The position numbers were made by a program, and so were the translations under genes. A stretch of DNA of 36,436 nt from Octopus bimaculoides (Eukaryota), in the NCBI RefSeq assembly GCF_001194135.2, contig NC_068984.1:121497922-121534357 (forward strand), written 5' to 3'. Below the pieces are notes generated by a model that saw only the letters and a list, made by a program, of their open reading frames with translations, was not told the DNA's origin and ran no database searches. Positions 33,879 to 36,436 of this stretch are shown one piece after another. Each line of letters begins with the position of its first letter. Position 1 is the first letter of the stretch.

Positions 33879-34589
33879 CTGAATGAAAAAGAAGAAATAA
33901 TTCTTACATTTATTGTTATTTTTCTGTCCCTCAAGGAAATATGAAAATTTTATTGATTTTTTTTTTTTCTTTTATAGAATAAAGTTTTATTTTATGCAGA
34001 AAAACAGATTCAAAACATATATATCTTAATCTCACAGCATTACTTCTCAAATACAACCTATTTCAGTCTATCTGTCAGATTGCTTTTTTTTTCTAATATG
34101 TGTGTGTATGTGTGTGTGCGTGCGTGTGTGAAAGCACACGGCCTAGTAGTTTGGATGTTGCAATCAGGAAGATTGTGGTTTCAATTCCCACACTGGCGAT
34201 GCATTGTGTTCTTGAGCAAAACACTTCGTTTCACATTGCTCCAGTCCACTCAACAGTAAATGTGTAGCCTTGCAAATAAACTGGCATTCCATTCCATTCA
34301 GGGGGAGAATATAGGCACCATTTGAAAGCTGTGACAATGCGAGAAAGCGCATTGTGATCAGTGGTGTATAACATCTGATAATCTGGTTGATACAATGATT
34401 GGTCTAAATATATAGCATAATATATATATAATAGTTTCATGCTATTATGACACTTGAACAGGCATATTTATAAAATACGTCATGTATCTTAAAGCAATCT
34501 TTCAAGCTTCATTTATATATTATATAGTTCACCATGTTCCAAGAAGTTTCAAACCCAGAAGTCAGCAGGAAAGATTCTGGACTCAGTGT

Positions 34590-35060
34590 TTTGGGACAAA
34601 GACGGAGTACTCCTCATATAATACATGCCAAAGGGTTGCACCATCAATGCAGAATATTACAACGCTGTTGGACGAAATGCATGAAGCTTTGAAGCAGAAA
34701 TGCCATGGAAAGCTAAGCTGTGGTGTCCTGTTTTTGCAGGACAATGCATCAGCACACACAGCACATGAAACTCTACTGAAAATACACAAATTTGGTTTCA
34801 AACTGGTAGACCACCTACTTTACTCGGCCCCCTCTGACTATCATCTCTTTCCACAACTGAAGAAACATCTCAAGGGGAAGAAATTTCTCTCCAATTCGGA
34901 AGTGACTGTTGCTACAGAGGCCTGATTAGTGGCCCAACTGTCTGGGTTATTTTCACAGGGCTTAACAAAACTGAAGGGCCACTGAAATAAGAGAGGGGAA
35001 TATGTTGGACAAAATCATAATTAACATATTCTCCTGTATTTTCTTTTACCTAAAGCCAAG
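34590..35060 (+). mobile_element. Mariner (Tc1/mariner) transposase 3' remnant
   Basis: Reads LFLQDNASAHTA...YS(---)APSDYHLFPQLKKHLKGKKF. The YSPDL motif has lost PDL, and there is a premature TGA at 34923-34925. Confidence 0.85.
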
Positions 35061-35084
35061 AAATTTTCAGCACTACCTCTTATA

Positions 35085-35245
35085 TATATGATGGGCTTCT
35101 TCCAATTTCTATCTACCAAATCCACTCACAAGGTTTTGGTCAATGCAAAGCAACAGTAAAACGCACTTACCCAAGCTGCTGCATAGTGGGACTGAACTCA
35201 AACCTACATAGTTGTGAAGCAAGCTTCTTAACCACACAGCCACAC
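35085..35245 (-). mobile_element. SINE family A 5' half (another fragment at about 35945-36035)
   Basis: CTACCAAATCCACTCACAAGG...AAGCTTCTTAACCACACAGCC as in the 5109 and 11283 copies. Confidence 0.7.
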
Positions 35246-35339
35246 TTGTATATCTAAATATTTTACATGACCTAACTTCAAATTTTAATTCAAAACAAAT
35301 ATTGAAACAACGTAATTTAAATGAAAGTTATAAAATTAC

Positions 35340-35465
35340 ATTTTATTTGGTACGGTAATTTAAATCTGAGAGGTATGTTATGGCATTTTGTTTCCAAGAG
35401 AAAAGCAGACTGGAGCATCTCGAGCCATTCTCCAACCATTGTCTGTACTTTTTCACTGGTGATAC
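35340..35465 (-). CDS. FASTK-domain protein exon (ITSEKVQTMVGEWLEMLQSAFLLETKCHNIPLRFKLPYQIK)
   Basis: CACATTTCAG acceptor and GTAATT donor; 126 nt open, phase 1/1, compatible with the 33878 exon. Homology not independently recognised. Confidence 0.6.
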
Positions 35466-36199
35466 CTGAAATGTGAGAATTAAATATTTAAACTTTGCAG
35501 GACAAACAACTGAAAGATAGAGACAATAACAAATGTTCATTCATGTGACAAATGAAAAAGAGATGGAGAAGAGAACAAATGACAGGAAAAAAATAAGAAA
35601 ATAAGATTGTCTCCAGACATGTATCATGGAATGTTACTGTGGTTCATTAGCCCCAGCTGAGCCCTGATCCACTCCACTCATATCAATGCTGTCCTTTCAT
35701 GTATCATTCTATGTAATCTTCCTTTTTTAAATGATATGGTATGAGATTTAGTTGCTATTTCTACACATTGCTTTTGTATTATGGGTTGTTAGGGTGAACC
35801 ATTTTTAATCTCTTTCCAGATTCACCCTACCCTCTCCCAAAATGTTAGTAACCATTTAACTCCTCTACAGCAAGAGACCTATTCTGGTCTAGCAAATGTC
35901 AAGGTAAGGAGACACAAACACAAATATAACTACATACATATATAATAAATGGGTTCCTTTCAGCTTCTGACTACCAAATCCACTCAAAAGGTTTTGGCTG
36001 ACCTAAGATTATAGTGGAAGACACTTAGAGAGATGTAACAGGACTAAGAATCTCCTAAAGCTTGTACCAGCTTTTATTCATATGATTCAATGATATATGT
36101 TCAGTGTGCCCAACATACACACACACACACACACACATATATATAGAGAGATCAGTTCAAAGATCTGAAACATTTGACATGTACAAAGACTGTATTCAC

Positions 36200-36360
36200 G
36201 GCCGGTATTTGCCATGAAGAACTTTTCTAGCTTCTTAGCTATCATCAGTAATGTGTAACGCAAGAGAGACAACTCCGAAATGACTTTGGAAACATTTGTT
36301 TCCTCAGAGTAAATAAACATGAGCTGATCAATTGCATTCACTAATTCCACTAGAGAATAC
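36200..36360 (-). CDS. FASTK-domain protein exon (YSLVELVNAIDQLMFIYSEETNVSKVISELSLLRYTLLMIAKKLEKFFMANTG)
   Basis: TTTTAAG acceptor and an open, helical-looking frame. The donor is uncertain: GTGAAT at 36199 was chosen, and other phase-1 GTs lie a little further on. The gene continues beyond the window. Confidence 0.55.
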
Positions 36361-36388
36361 CTTAAAATGACTATGACAGTAATACACA

Positions 36389-36392
<4 letters not shown>

Positions 36393-36436
<44 letters not shown>
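36393..36436. repeat. (TA)n microsatellite running off the window end
   Basis: Read directly from the sequence. Confidence 0.95.

Noticed and set aside
1-36436. CRISPR arrays, operons or prokaryotic defence systems
   Set aside because: The window is spliced eukaryotic DNA with no regularly spaced repeat-spacer array and no long intronless ORF cluster.

Overview
AT-rich, intron- and repeat-rich animal genomic DNA. The SINE/RTE repeat complement resembles what I recall for Octopus (coleoid cephalopod); the taxon is an inference. Three spliced genes were reconstructed by hand. (1) The last two coding exons of CFAP418/C8orf37 lie on + (2968-3116, 5615-5712). (2) An apparently complete eIF6 lies on - (ATG at 21008; six secure exons plus a best-candidate terminal exon at 10039-10051, giving about 247 aa). 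(3) The 3' six exons of a FASTK-domain (FAST_2/RAP) gene lie on - (36360 down to 27044). The rest is mostly mobile-element debris: decayed piggyBac and mariner transposases, RTE and R4/Dong-like LINE fragments, at least four tRNA-derived SINE families, TTAA-type MITEs, a Helentron-associated (HINE/DINE-like) element and several fold-back elements. There is one 179-nt assembly gap. Most ORFs in the supplied track are repeat-derived noise. I found no clear new multi-gene system. The best leads are structural: a 113-bp MITE with perfect 43-bp TIRs and an 8-bp TSD, an inverted octamer+CCAAT module and a telomere-hexamer triple hairpin in an eIF6 intron, miRNA-like and ADAR-type hairpins, and several possible eIF6 C-termini.
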